Assembly (NCBI GenBank): GCA_963575745.1
Contig: CAUYUJ010000148.1
Location: forward strand, 186,001-250,000
Reading direction: 5' to 3'
Length of the DNA stretch: 64,000 bases
Origin: Prorocentrum cordatum
Taxonomy: Eukaryota
Made by a program: the position numbers and the translations under genes. The stretch's first letter is position 1. Each line of letters begins with the position of its first letter. The notes beneath the pieces were generated by a model. It ran no database searches and was not told the origin of the DNA. It saw only the letters and a program-made list of their open reading frames with translations. This document shows, one piece after another, positions 28,905-41,492 of the stretch.

Positions 28905-29520
28905 GGGAAACCCTCACATGTTTCGTGGCCCATCAGGGAGCTCCACCAAAGGCCCAAGTGGGCAAGTCCGCATGCGCCCCCGCCGCCATTTCGGCACCAC
29001 TCACACGATTCGTGACCCCAGAGGCAGCTCAACCAATGGCCCAAGTGGGCATGTTTGCATGACTTCATCCCGTCCATTTCGGCACACCCCTCGCACGTTT
29101 CGTGGCCCCCCTCAGGGAGCTCCACCGAAGGCCCAAGCAGGCATGTCCGCATGCGCCCGCCGCCGCCCATTTCGGCATACCTCTCACACGTTTCGTAACC
29201 CCTCAGGGAACTCCACCAAAGGCCGAAGTGGGCGGGCTCACATGGTGTCCCCGCCGCCCCTCTCGGCACACCCGTCACACGCTTCGTGGCCCCATGGGGA
29301 TCCCCACCTAAGGCCCCAGTGGTCATGTTCACAAGGCGTCCCCGCCGCCCATCTCGGCACACCCCTCACAGTGGGGTCACACGTTTTGTGGCCCAATGGG
29401 GAGCCCCACCGAATGCCCCAACAGGGAGCAGTACCGAAGGCCCCAGTGGGCATGGCCCTCATAGCGCTCATTTCGACACACCCCTCAGACGTTTCGTGCA
29501 CCACAAGGAGCTCCAACCTG
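28905..29520. repeat. ~90-bp tandem minisatellite, ~7 copies
   Basis: Anchor CACACGTTTCGTGGCCCC..GGGAGCTCCACC.AAGGCCC recurs at about 28924, 29011, 29101, 29194, 29285, 29387 and 29495. Confidence 0.9.
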
Positions 29521-30909
29521 CGGACCCAGAAACAGATCCCGCAATCGGCAGTGGAGGGAGGAGGATCAGGGGAGAGGAGAGGATCACCCTCAGCTGGATC
29601 GCGCACAGTAAGGCGCTCCGACCGCCTCTTGGCACCTGGTCGGCCGCCCACAAGCCGCAGACAGAGGAACCAAACCTGCACAAACATGTAAACCTTCGAA
29701 TCTCTGCGCGGACTTCTTGGATCGCTCCTGGGCCACCCTCCCTGGCGCACGGAGCACGCCAAAGGCGGCGCCGGAAGCGCCGCCAGGGGGGGCCAGCGCA
29801 GATCGAAGGTATCCGCGCAGAACTCCGAAAGCTCAAACGTGTGCCGCTTCCTGTCCCTAAATGCCCAGAGCCACATCCCTGTTGACCATCGTTTAACCGA
29901 TCCCCACCCCCACTGGCATGGCATGGTCTCGGCCCCTCTGGCCGATGTACCTACCCCCTGAGTCGGGATGTGGGCTCTTCCCCTCGGGTTTCGAGGGGCA
30001 TATTCTCAAAAAGGGGGGGTGGGATGGTGGGGCTGAGTTATCGTGGCCCAGTGGGGATGGGGATAGGCTAAACGGTACCTTTTTTCCATGAACACGACCA
30101 GAAAATCCGCTGTTCTCCAAGGGGGCTATCATGCTCCCTTCGCGGACAACCATGCGCGGACATTGCAGTCATTGCCGCCTAAAACAAACCTGTAAAACTG
30201 CAAAACGCGGCACGGCAAGCACGCATAGTTACTTCCAGCATTGCTTAAGAGAACAACTTAGACTTGGAGTCGGCCGGGGGGTCTGAACTGGTTGGGCCCC
30301 AGAAAGGTCGGTCGGATGGGGAGGATGAGGCCACGCCCATTCAAAATCGGTCCCCAAACCTGACCTAAAATCCATCTGGCGCAGCTCCTCAACCCGGATT
30401 CGTTTTTGACAACCCTGGGCCCGAAAACGGTCCCAAGAGGCAGAAAAAGGCAGAAAACCCAACCGAACCCAACACCTCGAGCCGCTTCCCACTTCCTGCT
30501 CGCCGAACCAATGCTGGGCCAACTCAGGCCCCCAGCCGGCTCCAAAGTTAGGCAGCAAATGTGATAACGATACTTGCTTTTCGCGGCGCGCTGCATGCGA
30601 ACACAATGCCACATCCTTTCCCCAAATGGGTACGGAATATGGGTACGATGCCCAACAACAAATGTTTCCACAAACCAACAGCGGCGGCTGTTGGACAGAT
30701 GGCCTTTGGCCTTCGACCTAAGATAGACAATGTCCGCAACGACACCGACGGCGACGAGTCCTCTTCAACTGAACAGGACATGCTGTCTGTCTTTGTGACC
30801 GCAATCGGTCTTAGTACCTCCCCTAATGGTTAAATGATTATTTTGCCGCTGCCGCCGTCGCGGAGGAAGTCGAGAAGGGGAGGGGAAGAACGAGGAGGAG
30901 GAGGACAGT

Positions 30910-31590
30910 AATTGCAGCGTCCAGAGCAGAAGTTGGAATGGAACTGCATTGGAACACATTCCAATTATTCCAATACGGATGTGATGTACGACTGCGAACC
31001 CCTGCTGGAAAAGTCATTCGGCCATGCGGGCACATGCAATATGTGGGAGCAAATATTCACGACTGTGGGAACACAAACCGGGAACCCAACAAAGACTGGG
31101 GGCAACTTGGGGGGAAGTTTAAGCATTCGAGGCGCTGAGTACAAGCGGAGGCATGTATCACTAAATTCGGCATGGCTGAGCAAACAAGAACGCATGATAC
31201 TGGATGGATTCCAAGCCCGTTGTCTCAGGCGCACGTTTAACATCCCGCACGCCCACGAATCAAGAGTTTCAAAGAAGACGGTTTTTGATGAAAAGGCTTG
31301 GGGGCCGACATACAACGTCATAATGCTGAAATGAATCATCAAGTGGCTTGGTTTGGCGAGATTGGGCGCTGCCACGACCCAGACGTGCTCAGGGCATTGA
31401 CGCTTCAATCAAGGAGCTCGGAACCAACCGCCGATGTGTGTGTGTGTTCGAGCGCCCGGCCGCCCAAGACATGAGTGGGCGAACAGCTTGTACAATTAAA
31501 CCAAAACGTGCTTCAGCACTGAAACCGACCTCACGCAATGCGTTGCCGACGAGAAAACATGGATCGAACCCATCACCCATGCTCCTTTGA
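30910..31590 (+). mobile_element. 5'-truncated 3' fragment of an RTE-like LINE, related to the 15410-18209 element
   Basis: GMELHWNTFQL...MQYVGANIH, SLNSAWLSKQERMILDGFQARCLRRTFNIPH and PGRPRHEW parallel GMEIHWGKFQL...MEYLGATIH, SLNSAWL, DGFQA and RGRPRHEW of the first LINE. Confidence 0.9.
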
Positions 31591-32254
31591 ACCGTCTTTG
31601 CCATGGCCGGTTCAGTATTCATCAATCGTCGCCCTCATCCTTCATCCTGATCCTCCAGGCGCGCAGTTGGTGCGTCTGGTCTATGAGGACACGCGTTTGG
31701 CGCGTCGCGGCGCAATTTCGGCACGCGTTTTGCGTGTCCCTCATATGTTCGCCGTTCGATTGGCCCACGCGCGTTTGGGGCATGGTTGATTCGTTCGTTC
31801 GTTCGTTCGCCGCCGTCGCGGAAGAAAACGAGAAGAGGAGGAGGAGAAGGAGGCGAAGGACAGGGCGAACCGGGGGACGCATGGCGTTCATTGCCAGCCA
31901 GGAATATTATGGAAGAGGGGGGGGGGTGCAGGAATAAAAAGACCTCCTGAGGTGCACGGTGTCCCCCGGGTCCGTAGGCGACCCGAGGAGGAGGAAGAGC
32001 AGAAGGTGGTGGAGGAGGGAGAGGGGGAGGAGGCAAGCTAGGCGCGCTCGCGTCATATCTGACATCCTACCCCTCCCTCCCATCCCTTACCATGGCGCAG
32101 ATCCCCTCTCGACTCGCTCAGTCGGATGTCGAGCAGGGCAATGATCCCGAAAGGGTACGCGATGCATTGTAGAGCACGGCATGGCATGGCGTAGAAGAGC
32201 ACCGCAAAGCGTAGTATCAATCTAGCATTGCATTGCATGCCGTGGCATGGCACG

Positions 32255-32425
32255 GGAAATGACGCCACCGCTGCAGCGGGAGCACGAGTCGAAACGAGCG
32301 GAAGCGCGGAAATGAGGCCATCGCTGCAGCGGGAGCACGATTCGGAACGAGCGGAAGCACGGAAATGAGGCCAGCGCTGCAGCGGGAGCACGATTCGGAA
32401 CGAGCGGGGCCCGAAAATGAAGGCG
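32255..32425. repeat. 53-bp tandem repeat, ~3 copies
   Basis: CTGCAGCGGGAGCACGA occurs at 32271, 32324 and 32377, an exact 53-bp spacing. Confidence 0.95.
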
Positions 32426-33379
32426 GCGCCTCAGCGAGAGCAGCATTTTGGAAACAAATGCAAGCCAAAACCCAACTCCGGGGAAACCTGCGTTAAAAAA
32501 CAGTACGCGGAGGGGGGTCGGCCAATTTCAAACCGCCATCAGGGGAAGAGGGAGAGTAGTATTCATATTGAATAATTGTAGATGGAGGAGAAGGGTAGGT
32601 GAGGGGCCGCAGCGGCGAGAAAGGGCCTAGACGCCCTGTAGTGGCCAGGCCCTGGCAGCCTCGACATCGAGCTTAGCTCGCCTGCAGTGCTCCGCCCATT
32701 CAGCCGCCAAATCGGGCGAGGCGAACCCATGCAGGCGAGCAATCCGCCTCAGGTCCAGCACGGGGACCACGACCCCGCACTGATGGAAGCTGATAAGGGG
32801 GCCTGGGAGCCGCAGGCCGCAGGGCACCCAGGGCCCGCCAGCGGGCCCCAGCGAGGGCCCGCCCCCAACCGAGGGCCCAACACCACCGCCAGGCCCCCCC
32901 AGCTTCCCCTGGAGCCACAAGATGTCCTCTTCCTCGGGGCCTCTAAAAACAGAAATCCGCGGAGGAGGAAGGAGGGCCGAGGGGTGGAGGTGCCGACAGA
33001 GACGGGACCTCTGGGAGCGAAGCCCAGGGTGCCTCGGGCCCAGCCAGGCCCCCGCAATGCCCTTCCCAGGCGCCACTCGCTGGGCCAGCGAGGCCCCGCA
33101 GGACTTGCAAACAAAAAAGCACGGGTGATCTAGACCTTCCACATCGCATTTCACCACCGAGCGCCCTTGAAACCGCCACGGCCTCCCAGACACCACCCCC
33201 GCATCCACGCCGCCAACGTCGATCGGCTCGGGCTCGGGCTCGGGCGGCGGCGCTTCAGTGCCCCAGGCCTCGCGGTCTCCTATCCGCGCGTGCACGAGAC
33301 CAATCCAACTGGCAGCTATGTCTTCGAAGGCTTCCAGGAAGAGGACTTTCTGGGGGGCACCTTCCAGAGCGGGGCCCCT

Positions 33380-34095
33380 TTTTTGGCCCAGCGGTCATCG
33401 AGACTGTTGCCAAGCTTCGCGCCGCGCATCGAAAAAGGAGGCATCTTGAGGTGCCGACGAGTGCGCCTTGACTTTTCTCACGCTCGCACTTTCTCCGTGC
33501 TTATGCCAACGGCACTCCCAAAAATGCATGTTGGGATTCATGAGGCCCAGCGCTTTCGAGGCGTTCTTGGTGCAACCTACGGCCCCGGCGCAGTCTGCAA
33601 AGACAGTCGGGGGCCCGTCGCTCGCAATGCCAACCGAGAAACGCGACGGCATGCGGAACGCATGATCTCCCGCGCCCCTAGAGGACTGCGTCAAAGACCA
33701 TGCCAAGGGAACGGCGCCATACATTCCACACCTGAACGAGCCATCATCCCTGCAGCTGATGGCAGACCATCCCCGCGCGGCGCAGGCCACCATGCTGGGT
33801 TTTAAAAAAGAGCCACCCACAAAACATCTCCCTCGAAGAGCCATCCGGGCGCGCGCCCCATCAAGCGGATGTGATTCTCCTCGGGGGTATCGCGATCCTG
33901 AAAGACCCCCGACGGCGAAGGCAGAAGGCCTCTGGGAAAATATCCCCCGCGCCCCTCGCCCTCTCCGAGGGCAATGCGAGCCGCCTCGAGCAGCTCTGGC
34001 GGGCAAAACTCCCCCCAGAGAAACTCCGTGCTAGGGCAGTCGAAACAACGGTGCCGATAGGTCCCACAGGCCCCGCATTTCACGCACAACGGGTG
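33380..34095 (-). pseudogene. CCHC-type zinc finger + RNase H domain of the minus-strand LINE
   Basis: CVKCGACGTYRHRCFDC (~34035-34090), then FVGGS (DGS-like), GMYGAVP..QSS, FADC, VRKVKAH and a GNxxD-like motif in another frame. Confidence 0.82.
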
Positions 34096-34849
34096 GGTGG
34101 CAGGCCCTTTCGCGCGAAGTGCTCTGGCACCAGTGGGCCCCGCAATTGACTCATCGGAAAGCATCGACGTGCCTCTTGGCCCACAGCTCTGGGGTTCTCG
34201 CCAAAGCCCACGCCGCAGGCCCCCAGTAGAGCTCAGAAACCCAAGGGCTCCCAATCCTTCTCAGAGCAGTGACATCAGAGGCGGCGCAGGCAGAGGCACG
34301 GACCGCCTGGCAGACAGCACCTGGCCAAACAATCGGTCGATCTCGCGCTGGCGATGATCGAGCAACAGGTTGTACCGAGCTAGCTGGCAGCCAGCCCTGA
34401 CGAGGCTGAGCGCGGCAGCCTGGTCTGGGCCAGTGCGCCTGCTCGATGGCCTGTCGACGCCCAGCAGCTGCACGGCCCCAGCGCGAACCACTCTGAAAAC
34501 TTCTTGCTGGAAGGAGCCCGTCTTGAACTCCGATGGACCGCGCCTTGGCCAACTCCACCGCGCTGACCGCGAACGAGCCCCTGACCACTGCACTCGGCAC
34601 GGTGCGCACCCTGAAGGCCAGGCAGGCGCCAGGGGCCAGCCTGCCCTCGGCTCTGAGCGCGTGCACCCTGAGCCCGCTCAGCTCACCGCATGCGATGCCA
34701 GTGACCGCTGGCCCCCAGCACGCCGCGGCGCACGGTGAGCCACGGATGATGTGGCACGTCTTGGCCCCCGCGGCTTGCAGCAGCCCGATCCTGCCTGCTG
34801 CCCTCTAGGCTCGGGCGAGCCTCTTGTCCTGCTCTGGCACTCACCTCCT

Positions 34850-35660
34850 GCCGCCGTCGTTGCCGTCGCCTCGCAGGCATCTCATGCCCGAGGCTCTGGC
34901 CAGGCCAAGGTCCGACCAGTGGCGGTCCAGCTCCTGAGCCAGCTCCGCACATGTGGCCATCCATCCCGTCTTGCCCCGGTTTATCTCGAGGTGCCTCTGC
35001 TGCGCCCCCTCGAAGAGGTCGCGAGCAGCTCGGGGAAGCTGGCGCCCCACCAAGCGAGCCGCGCCGACTGCCTGGAGGAGGCAGTCGCCCGCCAGGCTCT
35101 GGGCCCGCACCAGGGGGGGCGCCTGCTGGCGACGCTGCGCAGCAGGGTGTAGGCCAGCAGCTCGGCGACACCCGCCGCGCACGAGCAGCCCGCTGCCGCG
35201 GCGCCGTCGCCGTCGCGACCGCCTGATCGTAGAGCTCGTCGTGGCTGATCATCTCGTAGAACTTCGTGAGGTCGATCGCCCGGGTGCTGGACACCGTGCC
35301 TGTCTTCCTCGCGAAGGCTGTCATCATGTTGTGCACGAACCCAGCCTTGTCGCACGAGCGGTCGGAGGTGCCCCAGTGGAAGGACTGGTCGATACTGCAC
35401 TCCCACGCTGCAACAAAAGGCTGGCGCAGCTTATACCATGCCCGAGTCCAGAGGCTGGCCAGGACGATGGGCCGCGCACCTCCAGGCGGGGCCTTCGGCA
35501 GGAAGGCCACCAGCAGCATCCGCAGCGAGCACCTCGTCGGTTTTTTCTCCCAAGCTTCCACAATGTCCAGGAACGCCTATCGGCAATGGCGCGGCAGCCG
35601 CCGAAGCTGCCGCGGGCGCAGGCGGTCTCGCCCAAGGCCTGTGCCCTCCCCATGGGATGC
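34850..35660 (-). pseudogene. Reverse transcriptase domain, frameshifted with an apparent internal deletion
   Basis: GTGLGRD, FLPKAPPGGARPI, IDLTKFYEMISH, AGCSCA (frame change), LAGDCLLQ in place of the YxDD motif, LEINRGKT and RCLRGD. The segment between motifs 3 and 4 is much shorter than usual. Confidence 0.88.
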
Positions 35661-36569
35661 CAGCACGTAGTCCCGCGCGACTATGGTCATGGGCGGGAGG
35701 TCATGCCAGGCGCCCCCTGCACCGCTCGCCCAGAGCCGTGGGTCTGAGCCCCCTTGCATGTCAGGGTGAACCCAGAGGTCCCTCAATTCCTTCATCAGCA
35801 CCTTCATGGCGGCATCGCCTGCCACTGGGAGGCCAGGGTCGCTCTCGTCGTCCTCGCGCGCGATCGCCGTCGACGGGATTAGGCTGCCATCCTTGATGCA
35901 GCGGCGTGCCTTCTGGCCTCCTGACTTGGTGGCCGCTTCCTGTGCTCACTCTCCCCATTCCTTGCTGCGCTTGGCCTTGCCCCTCCTCTGGATGGAGACT
36001 ACGTGGTCGTGGAGGTCGACCAGGAGGGCGCGGTAGTCGTGCAAGTCCAGCTCCTGGAGTGCGCGCGCACTGGCATTCTGGCCCCAGGCAGCGAGCGGCC
36101 CAGACGCCGGCCACTCCGCCTTGTCGAAAACGAACGCGCGCACTCACCGGATCTGGCGCTCAAAGCGAGAGAACCTGACCCAGACGTTGTCCGACTGGTG
36201 CCCACGCAGAAAGGCCGCCTTCCTGCAAGATGCTAGCAGGCCGGCCCACTTGCGGCACTCGGCGCTGGACGTCTCCTTCAGCCCACTCCTGGATCAGGGG
36301 AACAGTCGCCGCCTGCAGGCTTCTGCCTCTGGCCACTCTGCACCTCTTGTGATCTTCCAGCTGGTGAATCCTCCCAAGGTAGTCCTCTGCCATGGCATGC
36401 CAGAACTTAGAGGCTTCCTCAACATCAGTGAGTCCAGCCCTTGAGCACCATGGCCATGCGTCTTCAGCTCGCTCGGGCGGCGCTGCCTGTGCAGGAGGTG
36501 GCAAGGCCAACGGGTGCCGACTGAGGTAGACAGCCCTGGTGACCGTGGCTCTCTGGCGCAGGCCCGTCA

Positions 36570-37230
36570 GTTCGATGGCAGTGGGCGAGCGCGGCGAGAT
36601 CGGGGCGTCACTCAGCACCTTGACCGCGCCGACCCGACTGACAAGAGCCCCTGGCACTATGGCGTAGTCGTACTCGCGCTTGCTGCAAGTTGGACTCCAC
36701 GGACGCACGAGAATTCCTGAGGCCTGCTTGGCCCAGCTGGCCAAGTCGTCGGGCTCGGTGTTCCAGTCCGTCAGGATGACCCACGGCCACTCGAGGCTGC
36801 CGACCCAGGACTGCAGGGCCCCAAGCAGCGCAATGGTGTCGCCCGTGACCCCGATGCTGTCCGCCATGTAGGCCGAGACGAAGAAGATCGGGAAGCCCAG
36901 GCACGTGTTAAGCTTCAATGCTCTCGCCTGATGGGGCCCCAGCACACTGCATTCCTTGGGCTTATCGACGCTGGCCGCCGCCATTGCAGTGAGGACCGCC
37001 ACTCCTCCAGAGCTGTCAAGGGGCCCTAGGCCCGTGCCCTGCGCGAGACCTTTGAAGAACTCAACGCCAGCACGTCTCGCCCAGGTCGCCGCCGACTTCA
37101 GCTTAGCGCCTTGCTTGATACGGTGCTCCTGCAAGCCGACAACATCGAACGTCATCTTCTTGTCCCTGCTCCACTCCGAAAAGGCCTGACCGCTTGCCCA
37201 AAAGTTGATGTTGGCCGAAAACATCAAGAG
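36570..37230 (-). pseudogene. AP/EEP endonuclease domain of the minus-strand LINE
   Basis: Within ORF 36160..37776: FSANIN, VVGLQEH, SGGVAVL, VSAY, WVILTDWN, YDYAIV and ISPRSP (the usual His appears as Arg). Confidence 0.92.
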
Positions 37231-39929
37231 CTTGTCGGGAGCCGTGTCCACATCGATGCACTTCTGACCGCCTGCACTGGGGGCAAGGAAAACTCCTGCA
37301 CCTCGAGCTGCACTGACCCTCGACCCACCGACGGAAGGTCGCCGAACACGAGTATCCAGCCCACCTCGCCGACGCCCAGCTCCGCTGCAGACCTGGGACC
37401 CCGGCTTCCCCGCGCCCTCCTCCGAAGCGGACGCGGTCCTGCCAGGCCTGCCTCTCGCAGTCGACGCCTCCGACGGCGACCTGGCAGGCGCCGCGGCAGC
37501 GGCCCAGCGGGCGGCGCCAGCAGCACGCCTGCCAAGCACGGGGCCGAACTCCTCCTCCGCCTCGGTCATGGAGCGCTCGTGCCGCGCCACCTGCTCCTCC
37601 CACTCCTGCGCGTCGGACTGGGCGCCAGCCTGCGCATGTTGTCGTGGTAGTTGGCTCGCGTGCGCCTCCGTGCGGCCCACGCCTCCTCGCAGAAGTCCTG
37701 CGCCATTCTGAGTCGGACCACGCCCATGTTGTCGATGCCTGCCGGCCGAGCAACCTCGGAGACGAGTGGCGTCCACGTACCGTGCATCAACAGGTCAGCC
37801 ACGTACGACACGCACAAGCGACGCCAGTGCGTTGTATCTCCGGCTTCGTTAAGCACTGAAACGTCCTGGAGCCAGAACGTGGTGTAGGCCCTCAGCCTTC
37901 TCTCGAGCGTCATGCGCGCCGACACAGCGAGGGGAAGGGGAAGAGGAGATGGAGGAGGAGGAGGAGGGGGAGGAGGAGGGCGTAGGAGGAGGAGGAGGAG
38001 GAGGAGGAGGAGGAGTAGGAGGGCGTAGGAGGAGGAGTAGGAGGAGGAGGAGCCGAAGGACGGGTCGCCTAAGCGCTTCGGAGAAACCCTCCGTGCTGAG
38101 GTGACCCATTCTTTCCGTACCCATCTCGATGGTCCCAAATCCTGCGCCCAGGGCCGGCGCGCGCGCGCGGGCTTCAGAGCAAGTCCGCCTCTCGCGCGGC
38201 TTCCTCGGCCCTGCCGCCCGCGGCCTGCCCCCCCCGCTGGCAAGGAGGGCGGGGGAGCGGAGGTCAGAGGAGAAGGTGCCGATACCGCTACCCTTGCCTC
38301 GTTTTCCCCTGCTTGGGCCTCATGGGAGGCCCTCGTCACCACGGCTGGATTCGCCTTGTTTCCTCGGGATGAGGGCGTCCACAGTGGCGGCGAGGGGTCC
38401 GCGGAAGTCCACTTCAGACGCGAACGCAGGGACAGTGAATGACCGTTCGCCCCCCTCACTCTGCTTTTATGTGGGGGGCCCAGGCATACACGGGATGCAC
38501 AGAGAAAGGCTGAACTTCTAGAACGCATGCCCACGTTCTATCATTCGTGTAACTGTTGTGCTAGATAATGTGTAGATGTGCAATGAGAAGTTGCAATCAC
38601 TTAGTGGGGCCTGCGGCGGGGAGGTGGCATAAGTGGCAACACCCTTAAGCGCCACCCTCCACTTCCCGCGCCCAAGCAGCGCGTAACTGGCGGAAGTGGC
38701 GAAGCACCAGCCAGCTGCTCTAAGTCCCCGTCTTCGAACCCAGAGCGGGGGTTCTCCAAGGTGGCCGTCAGGTTCCAGGACTGATCCCTGTACCCCTCTT
38801 GCAACGGAGGTCCTGCCGATCGAACTGCTCGACGCGCGCGTCTCGGTCGACGGATACTGCGAATCGGCATCGTGACGCGCGAGCGCAGCAGCAGCGGGAT
38901 GAGAGAGGACGAGGGGGGTATAAAGGAGGGTAACCGTAATAACTAATACTGGCAAGAGGGTGACAGGGCTGAACCGACTTTTGCTGCTATGATTCTTCGG
39001 CGACGGATGAGGAAGAGGAACGCGTCTCGCGATTGGGTGGGGCACGTTCTCCCACACTGGCCCACCAAAAATGACCACACGCGGACGTCAAAGAAAACAA
39101 GAATATAGAACTGTGGCCGCATCCGCTCCCTCCTTCCCTCCCCCCTTCTCATGCTCATCTGACTCCAATTCCTTGTTCACCTTCTGCTGCTGCTCCTCCT
39201 CCAACACTCTTCTTCCCCACACCCCTCATTCGGGTAGACACCTTAGATATAGACAAAGGGGGAACCGGGAACTGGGAGGGTACAATGCGTTGTATCTCAC
39301 TCCTCCTCCTCTCCGCCAAACTGGTGAGAAAGGAAGCAATCGAGGAGAGGACTTGTGCAAAATCTCTACGTGCAGCACCGGCCCCGCTCGCTCTCCCGTC
39401 TCGCGCCAACCGCTATCCTCTTGCCCCCGTTGCGCGGAGACTGGCGATTGGCCAGGTGGGGGAACGCGCAGAGTGCGAGAGAGGGCGTCTGGCAGAGCTT
39501 GCGCCCACCACAGGCCTCCGCGACATCGATCCAGAGTGGTTTTGTACCAATCTCGCCACCTGCCCCCCACACGGTCAGCACATGCAGCGGGAATGGAGCG
39601 GGCTGGAGTGCTGGGAAGCATCCAGAGCTCGGATCGTAGGAAAAGGCCGCATTCCTGTGAGTGCGCCTTTGCCGTGGCAAGAATGTCATACTAACGCGAG
39701 GTAGTCCGAGGGTCTTGTGTGAGTGCCAGAACCCGAGACTCCAGCGGGTGCCTTCTGAGAGCGCAAAGACGCCTGAGGAGCCTCGGATGACCCGTCGGCA
39801 ACCTGTCCCTTCCCCTCCCTCCCTCCCTCTCTCCCTCCCCGTGCTTCCCCATCCCTTCCCTTCCCAAGCCTCCCCCCTCTTCTCTCCATTCTGTCTCAGA
39901 ACTCAGAAGCAATAAATATGTCAGGCGAG

Positions 39930-40535
39930 AACAGGTCAGATCGAGAGAGAGCGAGAAAGAAAAACAGAAACAAGACAGAGAGACAGAGAGACAGAGAGAG
40001 CGAGAGAGACACAGGGGGAAGAAAGAGAGAAAGAGAGAGAGAGAGAGGGAGAAGGAGCCATACAGAGACAGAAGGAAGAAACACAGGCAGCCGGGCAGAC
40101 AGGGATAAAGGGGGAGAAAAAGAGAGGGAGAGAGAGAGAGAGAGAGAAAAAAAAACAAGAGAGTGAGAGAGAGATAGAGAAGGAGAGGAAGGCAGACAGA
40201 CAGACAGAGAGACAGACAGACAGACAGGCAACCAGAGAAAAGATAGCGAGAGAGAGAAAGAGAACGAGAAATGAGAGCGAGAGAGGGAACAACCGAGAAA
40301 GAGAGAAAGAGAGAGAAGCGCATAACATGTGTATATATTCAGGCAGGCAGAGGGGCAGAGAGAGAAAAGAGAGAACGAGAGACTAAGCGAGCGAGGGTGA
40401 TACACACAACGCTGAGGGGGAGAGAGAGAGAGAGAGAGAGAGAAAACAAAAAAAACGAGAGACAGCAAACAGGGAAAGGGATGGAGAAGGATCATCGGAG
40501 AGGGAGAGCAAGAAAGAGAGCGAATGAGAGAGACG
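39930..40535. repeat. Degenerate (GA)n/(GACA)n purine tract
   Basis: Directly visible. Confidence 0.95.
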
Positions 40536-40629
40536 GGGGGCGAATTAAGCAGTTGTTTTCCATCTTGACGGAGAATGGGTCAGCCGGACGGAGATATCTA
40601 TCGAGCACAACAACTAGAAATTACGAGTT

Positions 40630-40740
40630 CTATATGTGTGCAAATACATATGTATATGTATGTATACACATATACATACATATATATATATATACATGTA
40701 TACATATGTATATTAATACATATGTATATATATATATAGA
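40630..40740. repeat. (TA)n/(TATG)n/(TACA)n microsatellite
   Basis: Directly visible. Confidence 0.95.
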
Positions 40741-40889
40741 TTCGAGCACGCTTCGCGCACGCTCAGGTACTAGCGCAGGCCGGGGGGCCGCTGGATGAAC
40801 TTGAACAACGCTACCATGTTCACGCGCGTGACATAGCCGTACGCATCCTCACCCTGCTCCTGCTTCTAATCCTGACACTCGAACTCCTC

Positions 40890-41492
40890 CCCATCACCTA
40901 CTGATCGCCATCAAGATAATCAACATGACCATACCCATCTTTACTAACAACAACATCATGGGGAACATCCTCGGCCCAATGTTTCTCGCCATGCCGTCAC
41001 GCCAAACTCGCATGGTAGCATCGTCAACATCCTCGTTCTCATCCTCATCAACATCTTCGTCATCACCACCATTGTCATTCTGAACATCAGCGCCATCATC
41101 AATATCCTCATCCTCAGAAGCATCATCATCACCAACCTCACCATCTGCATTATCATGCTCAGCACCAGCATCACCGTCTTCACCATCAGCGTCAACATCA
41201 TGAATACTATCATCCATATCGTCATCGTCACCATCCTAACAATCACCCTCGTCCTCATCATCGCCGTCGCTGTCGTCGCCATCATCAACACCATCAACAA
41301 CACCATGATCATAATCACCATTATTAACTGGATCATCATCTTCATCCACTTTGATCATCATCGCCATCATAGACATCAACAACAACACCGCGACGCTAAT
41401 TGTGCACATCGTCACTGTCATCGTCTTACCCGTCATCATACTCTTCGTAACCATAATGAACATCGAACATCACCGCCGTCATCGTCGTCGTC
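40890..41492. repeat. Degenerate (CAT)n tract
   Basis: Directly visible; followed by the conserved hairpin at 41498. Confidence 0.92.

Larger units (their letters stand above)
32555..37913 (-). mobile_element. Degenerate non-LTR retrotransposon: N-terminal region - EEP endonuclease - RT - zinc finger - RNase H - C-terminal CxxC
   Basis: Collinear domains on the minus strand (listed as separate features), a stop at 32627 and an AT-rich tail at about 32555-32582. The ATG at 37913 is a tentative start. Confidence 0.88.

Noticed and set aside
39360..39720. RVGGRWRDW as a second CRE-like endonuclease end
   Set aside because: It is a single short motif without supporting upstream motifs.
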